Positions 20,601 through 32,799 of a stretch of 52,456 bases of DNA are shown here, one piece after another. This DNA is from Octopus bimaculoides (Eukaryota): positions 81,118,217-81,170,672 of the forward strand of contig NC_068989.1 in NCBI RefSeq assembly GCF_001194135.2. Reading direction: 5' to 3'. Position 1 is the stretch's first letter. Each line of letters starts with the position of its first letter. Below the pieces are notes generated by a model, which was given only the letters and a program-made list of their open reading frames with translations, was not told the origin of the DNA and did not search any database. A program made the position numbers and the translations under genes.

Positions 20601-23600
20601 TGTCTGGGCTGGGCACTTCATCAGTTATGATGGTAAGTGTTCCAGTTGATTCAATCAACGGAACAGCCTGCTTTTGAAATTAACAAGCATGTGGCTGAGC
20701 ACTCCACAGAAACATGCACAGTTAACGTAATTTGTAGATTCATCATGACACACCAAATGTAACACGGCCAGCTCATTTGAATTACAGGTACAACTCATTT
20801 TTACCAGGTAAGTGAACTGGAGTAATGTGAAAAAAAAAAACTGTCTTGCTCAAGGACACAAGGCGTTGAACTCACAACCTTATGGTCAGGAGTTGAATAG
20901 ACAAATCACTAAGCCACTCACCCTCAAAGATACTATAACACTAGCTAATTCGTGAAGAATAAATATGTAGGTAGGATCCCATATCTATATCCGTCAAGTC
21001 AGAAAGATCCCTTATAATTAGTCTGCTTGATTAGGGCTAACCCCAGATTAAACATCTAGAAAGGAAACATCAATCCTTCAACCCACATTTCAACATTTCT
21101 AATGACTCAACTAATTAAAATTCTAAACAATTTTCCCTATATACTAAATTACAATTAGCAAAATTCACTGAAGCTAACAATAACAATAATATAAAAAAAA
21201 AAAACTAAAAAAATTATTTAAAAAATAATCCGAAGTCAATTTTACAAAACTTAATGAAGAAGGTAGAAACATTTTCAAATAAAATGATGTTAGATCTAAC
21301 TTACCACTGTCCGGACTTGGCGTTTGAACATCTGAGTTTTGAGAACTTGGAGAATCAGGCACTTTTGCTGTACCATTGTTATTCGTGACTGGCAATGTTA
21401 TTTGAGGGTCTGGTTGGATGTCTTCGTTAGCTACCATTACTACCACTTTTTCAAGGCTAGCATTATTACGATCAATGTTTCTTGGTTCTGGAACACACAC
21501 TAAACAAGAAAAAAAGAATATTATTTTGAGAATAAAACAAAATATTTATATATAAGATACAGTAGATTGGTGCAGTCTTCTACTTGGCTGGCTCTTGTCA
21601 ACCGTCCAACCCATGCCTGTCTGGGAGACAGATGTTAAACAATGATGATGATACACATAGAGACTTCTTCGTTAGCTTGAGAATTAAGAGATTGTTGGGG
21701 TGGGGGTCCCTACAGTTTAACAATTACAGCTAGAAATTAAATGTTTATTGTATAGAAATAACCCCCAGAAAAAGTAAAATATGACATTTCTAGTATTGTT
21801 ACTGCTTAGCCTCAGCTCAGTCATGACCTAGTAAGTCTATGATAAAGGGTATTCCAGCCATGACCTCTCCACCTTTTACTCAGATATTGTGTATCCAGGT
21901 TTGATACACTAAACCCAAATAGGTCCTTCTTATATAAGACAGTAAAGTATGGTTTAGGTGCTTGAACAAAATACCAGGGCAGAATACTGAAAATATATTA
22001 TCTTTTACTAGTTTCAGGGGCATCATCATCATCGTTGTTTAACGTCTGCTTTCCATGCTAGCATGGGTTGGACGATTTGACTGAGGACTAGTGAAACCGG
22101 ATGGCAACACCAGGCTCCAATCTGATTTGGCAGAGTTTCTACAGCTGGATACCCTTCCTAACGCCAATCACTCCGAGAGTGTAGTGGGTGCTTTTACGTG
22201 CCACCGGCACAAGGGCCAGTCAGGCGGTACTGGCAATGGCCATGCTCGAAATAGTGTATTTTACGTTCCACCTGCACAGGAGCCAGTCCATCAGTACTGG
22301 AAACGATCTCGCTAGAATGTCTTTTCATGTGCCACTGGTAACTGGTAACGTTATCTTGAAAAATTATAATCAGACGAATCGATCCCAGTACTTATTTGTT
22401 TTTAAGCCTGGTACTTATTCAAGTGGGGAGAAACAGGTGCAAAGACACACTGACACAATGGGCTTCTTTCAGTTTGTGTCTCCCAAGTCCACTCACAAGG
22501 CTTTGGTCAACCTGAGACTATAGTAGAAGACACTTGCTCAAGGTGCTATGCTGTGGGACTGAACCCAGAACTGTGTGATTGGGAAGCAAACTTCTTACCA
22601 CACAGCCATCCCAGCACCTTTCTTTATCTTTACAAGATTGACTATGATGGTAGTTGTAGGTGAGCATCACTGTCATACAAGAAATGTTATTCATTTCCGG
22701 TCTTCCATGAAAAACATGTCAAGCCATGGGAAATATCTTATTTGGAAACAAGTAAGGGTTAGCAACAGGAAGGGTATCTTGCTGTAAAAAATTTGCTTCA
22801 ACAAACTTCATCTGACCCATGCAAGCATGGAAAAATGGATGTTAAATGATGGCGATGATAATTTTCCAAACATATAAATTGAGAAATAAAATAAAATGGC
22901 ATCAAGCATGACTCAGCTTAACAGAAGCTTATTCTACAGTGTTTTCAAAACATCTCTTTTTTCCAGTAACAATGAAAAATAGTACTTAGCGTAGTAATTT
23001 TCACTCAATTTCGGAGGTATTATAACAGTTCCTCAAGGATTGTCTCAAAGTAATGGTCAAAAAGAGATAGTTACCAGGTTCCTGAGTTTTAAATAGTTCC
23101 TCTTGCAGTTCTGGTAAGAACGTGTCAATACGGTCCCATGTCAACTTCCAGAGTTGTGAGTCTGTTGTATCAGTGTGGAAAATTCCAGCTGTGTCCATAA
23201 CTAGTAACATATTTTTTAAGGATTCTCGTATTGCATCTGACTGTAATAGTAATAATAATAATAATAATAATAACAACAATAATGATAATGGTTTCAATTT
23301 TCGTTAAGGCGGCAAGTTGGCAGAAATGCTTAGCAGTATTTTGTCTGTCTTTACATTCTGAATTCAAATTCCGCCGAGGTCGACTTTGCCTTTCATCCTT
23401 TTGAGGTCAATAAATTAAGTACCAGTTGCGTACTGGAGTCGATCTTATCAACTGGCCCCCTCCCCAGAAATTTCAGGCCTTGTGCTAAGAGTAGAAACGA
23501 ATTTTGGTACAAAGCCAGCAACTTTGGAAGAGGGGGTAGTTGATTACACTGACCCCAGTATCCAACTGGTGTTTATTTTATTGACCCCGAAAGGATGGAA

Positions 23601-23802
23601 GCTGCAAAGTTGAACTCAAAATGTAAAAACGGATGAATCTATTTTAGGCACAAGGCTGGAAATTTGGGGGAAGGGGCCAGTTGATACCTTAACTTCAGTG
23701 TTCAACTGGTACTGTTTATTAAACCCCGAAAGGATGTTAAGCATTTTGCTCAGCATGCTAACAATTCTGCCAGCTTGCTGCCTTAATGATAATAATAATA
23801 AC

Positions 23803-23836
<34 letters not shown>

Positions 23837-26607
23837 TTAGTAATACTCACCAAGAGATCACTGCCTTTGTGCATGTATTTATCCATGAAATCTAATATAG
23901 TTAGCCATAGTGCTGTAAAGGTACTCAATGATAAGAGAGGAGACAGATGCTGTAGGAATACCTGTAGACAGAAAAATATATATAATGAGTTAATTAAATT
24001 GATGTTCACAAACGAAATTTAGTGGTTGTTGTTGTTTAGCCTCACTGAAGCTTTGAATGATGAGATATAAACAGCAAAAGGTATTCAAGCTACGACCATC
24101 CTTTGTTATATTCAGACAGTTGTGTGGTTAAAAAGCTTGCTTCCTAAGCATGCTGTCTCAGGTTGAAGTGTCTTCTACTATAACCTTGGTCTGTCCAAAG
24201 CCTTGTGAGTGGAATTATTAGATGGAAACTGGAAGAAGCCCATCATATATATATTTCTGTACTTATGTGTTTATACATATATATGTACATGTGTGTGTGT
24301 GTTTGTGTGTAGTCTTGCCATCCTGTGAAGATCGTAAACAAGCATCACCATCATACAAGAGGTGTTGTTTGTTCCCAGCTTTCTTTGAGGAAACGTGTCT
24401 GACCAGGGAGGAAATATTATCTCGCTGAGGAAATATTATCTAACTGGTCAGAGTTAGTGATAGGAAAGGCACCCAGTTGGAGAAAACCCGTCTCAACAAA
24501 TTCAGTGTGATCCATGCAAGCATGGAAAAGTAGACAGTAAATGATGATAATGATGATGAAAATGATTATAATATATCTAGTAGGACTACATTATCCTTAT
24601 GTCAGTAGGATATGATTTGAAGATTTCACTGCTATATCTGGCAGACTGAGAGACCATGTAGAGGCTTCTACATTCTGTTTGATTCCAAGTCAACTCGGAA
24701 TGAGCAAATTTATGATTAAAGTCATTCAAGTTATGACCACATCATCCAGTGCCATTTTTTAAATAAGATAGTGGGCTTAATTTTTTACACAATCACAAGG
24801 CAAGAAACTGGGGTTTAAACAATTAAATCACTTCTAGTACTTGATAGATAATTATTTTATTGATCCAAGAAGAATAAAAAATCAAATTTGACTTCTGCTA
24901 GGATTTGAACTCAGAAACATAAAGAGCCAGAATAAATACTGCAACAAATTATTTTCTGTTGCTTTAATGATTCTGCCAATCAATAGCCCCACCAATAACA
25001 TATCATCGAAGAAAATCTTAGTTAATTGGCAAAAATGAGAAGGACGTTTGGTGTTGTTTATCTATAGCAGTTACTGCTTTTTTTGAATATCTATAAACTT
25101 ACTCACAAAGCAAAGTAATGATAACAGAATAAACTTAATATTTGCTTCATTTAGGGTAACAACAATAAAATACTAGATGTAGTGAAAAATAAATCATTTC
25201 AATTAATTACTCCATGATACCATCTACAGGAAATGCCATACTTAATATTAAAATATAGTATTTAATTTAGTGTACTGCGTGACTTTTTCAAGGCACCAAT
25301 TTTACACACACACATCGCCTGTGCTGGTGCCACGCGAAAAATACTCAGTCCACTCTGTAGGGTGGTTGGTGTTAGGAAGTACCCTTCCTAACACCAACCA
25401 GTCTTCTGGGATCTTTTTTAAAACGGGGGCCACATTTTTCATTAACGAAACACTTTGAAACTTGGAACACTGGTAGAATGTGTCATATAAAACATCTTTT
25501 TCTCTTAGTCTTCTTAAAAAAAAAAGAAATCCATAAATTATTCCAGGTTAAAGTTGTCGTATTTCTGTAATTTCAACCAATCACTGACGTCCATTCAGCC
25601 GATATACATTAAGTGCCGACTACATAAACAAACGATTCTGAAACAATTAACCCTAACCCTAACCCTAGGGTTAGGGTTAGGGTTAGGGTTAAAGCAAATT
25701 TAAAATGAAAAAAGCAAATAAAACGAAGGTATGGAGATTAAATATGCTTTACATCGCTTAATGAGCCAAAGGAGTAAATATAAACAACTGAATACTTGTC
25801 AGTGATTGGTTGAAATTATCGAAATAAGACAATTTTTTACATGAAATAAATTCGAATACAAAAATATTTTTCTGTTCTATAACACAAAATAGATAAGTAT
25901 ACGAAGTTTGAAAGTCTTCCCGTACCAAAAAGACTACGTAAAACATTAATGAAAAATGTGGCCCCCGTTTTAAAAAAGATCCGTCTTCTGACTTACAAAT
26001 TCCTGTCAAACCATCCAACCCATACCAGCATGGAAAGCAGACATTAAATGAAGATGATTCATATATATATATATATCGTAAGTGTGTACATGTGCATAAT
26101 TATGTGCATGCTTGTATCAGTATCCAAGTTTATATATATATATATNNNNNNNNNNNNNNNNNNNNNNNNNNNNNNNNNNNNNNNNNNNNNNNNNNNNNNN
26201 NNNNNNNNNNNNNNNNNNNNNNNNNNNNNNNNNNNNNNNNNNNNNATTGCTAATCCCTGTATATTTATAATGATATATATATATATATATATGTAACGAA
26301 CCAATGACTGGCCATTTGGAAACCTACAGCCAATCACTGATATAAAATTTAAAAAACACAAAAATGTAAAATTGTAAAATGCCCTTAGCCAGCTCACCTT
26401 ACAGATTAATGTTGATGCTCTGACACGGGTCTCTTCCATTCCAGAAGGATCCTGGCTATTTATATTACTTAGCAGTTTGGTGAGAAGTGGAAAGAGAACC
26501 TTCAAAGAAACAGTTGCAAAAACATTTGTAGTTTATCGAATATGTGAAGTATACTGAATATTTAGTGATAAGGATTCAAGTTTTTGGTTTTAATCATTTC
26601 AATATTT

Positions 26608-26639
<32 letters not shown>

Positions 26640-26976
26640 TGGGATAAAGACTCATTTTGATTATGAATGACCAAGAGATTGCACTTAGAAAGTTTCCCTC
26701 CAAAGCACAAGTCTGGGCAAAGTTGTTTATGGAAGACAAGCAATTGCCCATGGATACCAGCCTCCCCTCTTCATGTCACCAATGTTATCCAAGGGAAAGG
26801 CAAAGGCCAATACAGCTTGGCACCAGTGACATCACAACTTATTTCTACAGATGAGTGAACTGGAGCAACGTGAAAATATTGTTTTGCTCAAGAATACAAC
26901 ACACAGCCCGGTTTGAAAATTGAACTCACTACCTCATGATTGTAAGCCCAATGCTCTAACCACTGAGCCATGCACC

Positions 26977-27007
<31 letters not shown>

Positions 27008-30000
27008 GAAGCATGAATTTAATATTCCCTTATTTCATCTGTTACACATGTTCCTATGTTCAATAACCATTCACTTAAAACCTACTTCACTAGATATTTA
27101 CAGAAATTTAGTCTGAGTATTTAGTCGATTTTTTCAGCATTAACACACCTGATTCACATAATCCTAAACCTTCATAGAAAATGTCAAAACAGGAAGGTTC
27201 CATACACACCTTATTAAAGCAAGCTTCCCACTCACTAGCAGAAAGAGTCTGAAGATCATGGACAAGTAAAGCTCTTTGAAGGTAGGTGAGGGCTTGACTT
27301 CGAACTTGTCTACGAGAATCACAACACAGCCGAGCAATTCCTGAAAGTGATGACAAATAATATGAGACACATATCAATTATCAAGATAAAGAAATGACAG
27401 ACTGTTATTTAGTGTTGTTGACTGGAAGTAAAAGTAAGTTTTATCTGAATCCTTTTGATAACAAAACCCATCTGAGACTGACTGTGGTTCTAAAATACAA
27501 ACTTGATTTAAAGTAATCTAAATTAAAGTCTTCTATCAAAATTTCATGTTAATTTATGTTTCAAACACAAGCTTTAATAATAAAATCATTTTACTAAATT
27601 CATTATTATTTTCAAAATAATTGAAATAGAAGCAGAAATATGGAAAGAAAAAAAGGATTAACTATTAAAGAATGGTAGTAATATTTTTCCTTAATTTATT
27701 TTCAGCAACAGTAAATTTTATATAAATCAAATATAACCAGGTCTGTTTTTTGTAGCAGCAATTTCCATTTCAAACTGTCTTCATAATTTATAATTAACAC
27801 TTTGCAATAATTAAGCAATTACATATTATTAACTATGACTGATTTAAAATAATTGAGTAAGAAAATTTTGGGAAAAAGAGTTGTTTAATAAAGTTAATTA
27901 AATAAAGACAAGTTAGTGCCTGTGAATTAGAGATTTGTGCATACCTTGTAAAAGAGGGCACCAACACTTTGCCCACAGAGTACTAGTACCAGCATCAATA
28001 GTGGCATCACTGACTTCTCCACTAGAATTGCCTTCCTCTGCCCAATAACTGAAGATAGATGCAGCCCTTGTGTGCAAAGTGTGCATCAAGTCCAGCAACT
28101 GTTTTGCAATACATAAAAAAATAATTAAATTCATATATAATCATGATTTTTTTTTCCTCTTAGAAACACATTAATAAGCTTTATAATTTATATACAACCT
28201 AATCTTCGAAGAACTAAGTTGCATTTATACAAAAAAGGGTGGAAAAAAAAACGTTTACTCTAAATGCTGAATAATTTACCTGAATGGAGAGAGAGTGTAA
28301 GCCAGCAGCCAATGTTTCATTGTCGTTTTCATCATCAGAAATTTGCGTCTGATTCTGCTGGCTGGCATTAGAGTAGGATCTTTTTGTTCTGTATTGTTCT
28401 TTCTTTGGCCGGTTTGATTTAGAATGATGTTTCTTATCACGGGGAGTTTGAGTAGTTTTACAAATATTTTTTTGTTGTCCTAAAAAAAATAATAAATAAA
28501 TTAGGTGCTGGAATGGCTGTGTGGTAAGTACAGGCACAGGAGTGGCTGTGTGGTAAGTACAGGCACAGGAGTGGCTGTGTGGTAAGTACAGNNNNNNNNN
28601 NAAGTACAGGCACAGGAGTGGCTGTGTGGTAAGTACAGGCACAGGAGTGGCTGTGTGGTAAGTACAGGCACAGGAGTGGTTGTGTGGTAAGTACAGTTTA
28701 ACCCTTTCACATTCAGATTTCTTTGACAAATGTGTTGTTTATTCATTCACATCAATTCGAATTAATCGTGCATTATCTTGTAGCTTCAAGATTTCAACAG
28801 TGTGTTTGTATATTTTCAGAATGACATTGTAGGGTAGGTGTGAGGGGTTGGATCAAGCCAGTTTTAACATAAAACAGATAGAATATTTGGGCCGTATATG
28901 ACCAGATTAAATACTAAAGGGCTAAAAAGAATTTCAGAGATGTATTGGTTTGGCAAGTAATTTGATCTGAGGCTATCATCATCATCATTTAACGTCCACT
29001 TTCCATGCTGGCATGGGTTGGACGGTTTGACTGAGGACTGGCAAGCCTGCTCCAGGCTCCAATCTGATCTGGCAAGGATTCTACAGCTGAATGCCCTTCC
29101 TAACACCAACCACTCTGAGAGTGTAGTAGGTTCTTTTTATGTGCCACAGGCATGAAACTAAAACAATTAGTGTAGAAGACAGATATTGGCCATTCAAAAA
29201 CACACAAAAATTGTTAACTTCGCTTAAACATTTATTATTTGGTGTCAAATTTTTTGACACACTAATTGCAACCTGGTCACTGACACAGCTCTACAATGCT
29301 TTTAATATATTTTCAGGCTTGTTTGGGATAATGTTGAAAATTTTGATACGTTTATAAATTACTGAATCATATGTTATACAGCAGGTTGACATGAAAATAG
29401 TAGTAGTAGTTGAAAAACCACGAATGGTTCAATACAGGAGCAAGATATTTTACTAACCTCCATTGATACTAGCTTCAACAAATGCACGGATGGCATGAAT
29501 ACAGCTTTCAAAGTTGTGTGGTGTTACATGTACTGCATCTCGTACCAGAAAAGCCAACGTTTCTGACGACCGGAGTAAAGCTTTAGAATCACAGTAAAAA
29601 ATATCTTCGTTGAGATCAATAGAGTATTGGTTACGTGGAGGACGGTGGGTGGTGGGGGAAGTCAAAGAATTTGTAGAACCACTGCTTACAACTTCTTTCT
29701 CCACCTGAAGCAAATGACAGAAAAAATACATAAAACCTTGAAGTAAAAAAATGGTAAATTACTTTTGAGAAATTTCTAAACGAATGCCACCCTGTATTTA
29801 CAGTTTGTATTTATCACTGACCTGGAATACTTCTATGTATGTGAAAGCATAACTAATATTTGATTATATTAAAGTGAAGCTCATAAAGATCAGTATTAAA
29901 AGTAACTAAAAACATTCAAAATGTTATTTACTTTAGATTTAAGAATGTATGACAGTCACTTCATTACAAGAAATTAGGTGTTTTTTTTTTAAATTTAAGG

Positions 30001-32766
30001 CTGAATGTTTGTATGTGCTATTAATAACATGTGCCCCAGTGTAACCTGTTGCATGGTCAGGCCATTGGTGACTAAACTGGCAACACCACCAAGCCTACTT
30101 AGTGAATAAGGTTTTTGGTCACTCTGTGGGATGAAAAACAAAACCCATTAAAGGACTTAACATTTTTTTTTAGGTACCCAGGTGGACATTTAGCCTATCA
30201 GAGTGAGTTGCACTCTATGCTGAAGTAAAGGCAACTAATCCAGGAGATGGAGAACTGTAACAGAAAAACCTGTGGTATGTTGTTCATTGAGTTTGTAGCA
30301 ACCATTTGTACCAATTTTCTACCTGCATTTCCATAAAATATGCGGTTGGTTCTACATAAAGCATTCACCACTGAAAACAAATCATTTGTGTGGGTATCTA
30401 GCAGTATAATAATAATAATAATAATCCTTTCTACTATAGGCATAAGGTCTGAAATTTCGAGATGGGGGATAGCTGATTACATTGACTTCAGTGCTCAACT
30501 AGTTCTTATTTCACTGATCCTGGAGGGATGAAAGGTAAGGTCAACAGAGGCAGCATTTTAACTCAGAATGTAAAGCTGGAAGAAATGCTAAGTATTTTGC
30601 CTGGTATGCTACCATAATAATAACGATAATAATGACAATGATGATGATAATAACAAAAGATAAAAACAATAAGAGCACTCGTTACTATTTAAATGAGGTA
30701 ATTTTTTTTTTACTGAGGAATTTTTTTCTTGCAAATTTTTGCAATTAAAAGGAAATAAATGCTTCCAGAAAAATCTGAATCTTTGATCTAAAACAATTTT
30801 GCTTCAAAACAAACTTTGGCACTAGACAAGAAAAAAAAAACACAAAAAACCCCCCATACAACACATACCATGAGCCAACTGACATTGTCTGGGGCAGGTT
30901 TAACTTCCAATTCTGTATGACAGGTTCGATGGTGTTTTGACTGAGTGTCATATAACTCGCTATCGGATGTGTAGCCTCTCTCACCTGATTCAGATGGAAT
31001 GTTCACACTTTGAACTTCACTGTCACTTTGAGCTCCTGCAAAATACAATGGTTTACAGAGATATAAAAAGCAAAGTCAAATGTTTTAGTAGTTGTTGTTG
31101 CTTAACCTTATGTCAATCAAGGTCGAACAGGCTTTTAATAAAAAGGACTACTACCATTCTTCCTGAGATTTGCCAACACTACACCTGATTTTCTCCCCTC
31201 CATACACACGCAAGCATGTCTCTGACTCATACACTGTTCACTTTCCAGACATTTGTACGTTACTTCATATGCTTTATCCGCACTTTTGACAAGTTGTAGT
31301 GCACCTGAGCACTGTATACAATAATTTCATTATTATCATTATTATTATCCAATGTGTCCTTCCAATGTTAAGATGATAAAAGTTGATTTGAGAGAGATTT
31401 GGCTGCTATCTCTAACAGGTTAAGTAACCATGTAGACTGATGATTTCATTCATTGAGAATGAAGTACAAATGTTTCTTACATTAGAGTTACTGCTCATGC
31501 ACACAGACATGCACATTCGTACACATTTTCAATTACNNNNNNNNNNNNCCCCAGTTCATCAGGTTGCTTAAGTAAGCACTCCTTTTCAAACAGTGACTGC
31601 AACTAAGATGCATTTCACAATGCCATGCCAGGACTCTGAACCCCAACCCCAACAAATACCCAGTTAGTTTTGGTAGGGCCTGAATTTCATGTCTCATGTC
31701 TGCTGAAACAGCAATGTAGTTGAGTGGTCTTTGTTCTCCATAAAGGAACGAACGTCCCCAAAATGTAACAACTGATATAGCTTAGTGTTCAGTGCAATAG
31801 TGGTCAACAAAACCTGCTCTGCATTGAGCAGCAATAGTAAAGATTGGTGGAAATGTGTCCATAAATCATCATCATCTTCATTTAACATCCACTGTCCTTG
31901 CCGGCATGGGTTGGATTGTTTGACCAAGGCTGGTAAGCTGAAGGGCTGCACCAGACTCTAGTCTGATTTGGCAAGGTTTCTATGGCTGGATGCCCTTCCT
32001 AATGCCAACCACTCTGAGAGTGTAATGGGTGCCTTTACGTGCTACCAGCATGGGTGCCAGTTGGTGACACCAGTATCTGCCATGACTACAATTTCACTTA
32101 GCTTGATGGGTCTTCTTCTCAAGTATGGCATATTGCCAAAAGTCTCAGTCATTTGTTATTGCCTCTGTGAGGTCCAACACTCAAAAGGTGCTTTTTATGT
32201 GCCACTGATACAGGTGCTAGTTATATGACACCGGCATCAGCCATAACTTTGATTTCACTTGACTTGATGGGTCTTCTCTTTTTTCATGCTGTGCTCATAA
32301 CGTAAGATGTTTTGAACCTTCATGAGAAGCCTAATCAATGTACCATCAAATCAATCCTAAAAATGCATACAACCTTCACCAATAGCTAACGACTACTGAT
32401 TCACCAACGTTTTGCCTCCTCTAGCTGTCTCTTCTAAAGTAACAAAATGGTCTATGATACACGGAACATTCAATTCTTATACCACTTATTGTTTAAATCC
32501 ACTTGATGTATCTACCTCTATGCTTCCCAGTAATTCTATGGCATTTGCTCTTATGAAAAGTATGCTAAACAGTCAGCCAAATTCTTTCTCTTGAGAGATG
32601 CATCTTTCTGGTAATATTTAAGCCTCAATTTTACCTCCAGCTGTCAATGTGTCTGAAAAGTTGAAGCTGACCAACATCAATATCAACATCACCCAGATAC
32701 TTGTACCAACTACTGAAGGAAATCTTGCCCTCCCCACTACTATCTTATATCAGGTTTGTTCCTTAG

Positions 32767-32799
<33 letters not shown>

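Larger units (their letters stand above)
25290..26060 (+). mobile_element. SINE family C copy split by the MITE insertion
   Basis: Left half ...gtggttggtgttaggaag..., right half ...gtcaaaccatccaacccataccagcatggaaagcagacattaaatgaagatgat. Confidence 0.75.

Noticed and set aside
22091-22315. Recurring ORF family [27 protein letters not shown] (also 31968, 33736-34068, 47559)
   Set aside because: Antisense reading of SINE family C copies; lengths and frames differ between copies
25648-25691. Relic of a telomere-telomere chromosome fusion
   Set aside because: End fusions read (TTAGGG)n then (CCCTAA)n; here the order is reversed, the array is tiny, and it lies inside a TIR/TSD-bounded transposon
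28503-28696. CRISPR-like array
   Set aside because: Contiguous tandem units with no unique spacers, eukaryotic context, no cas genes
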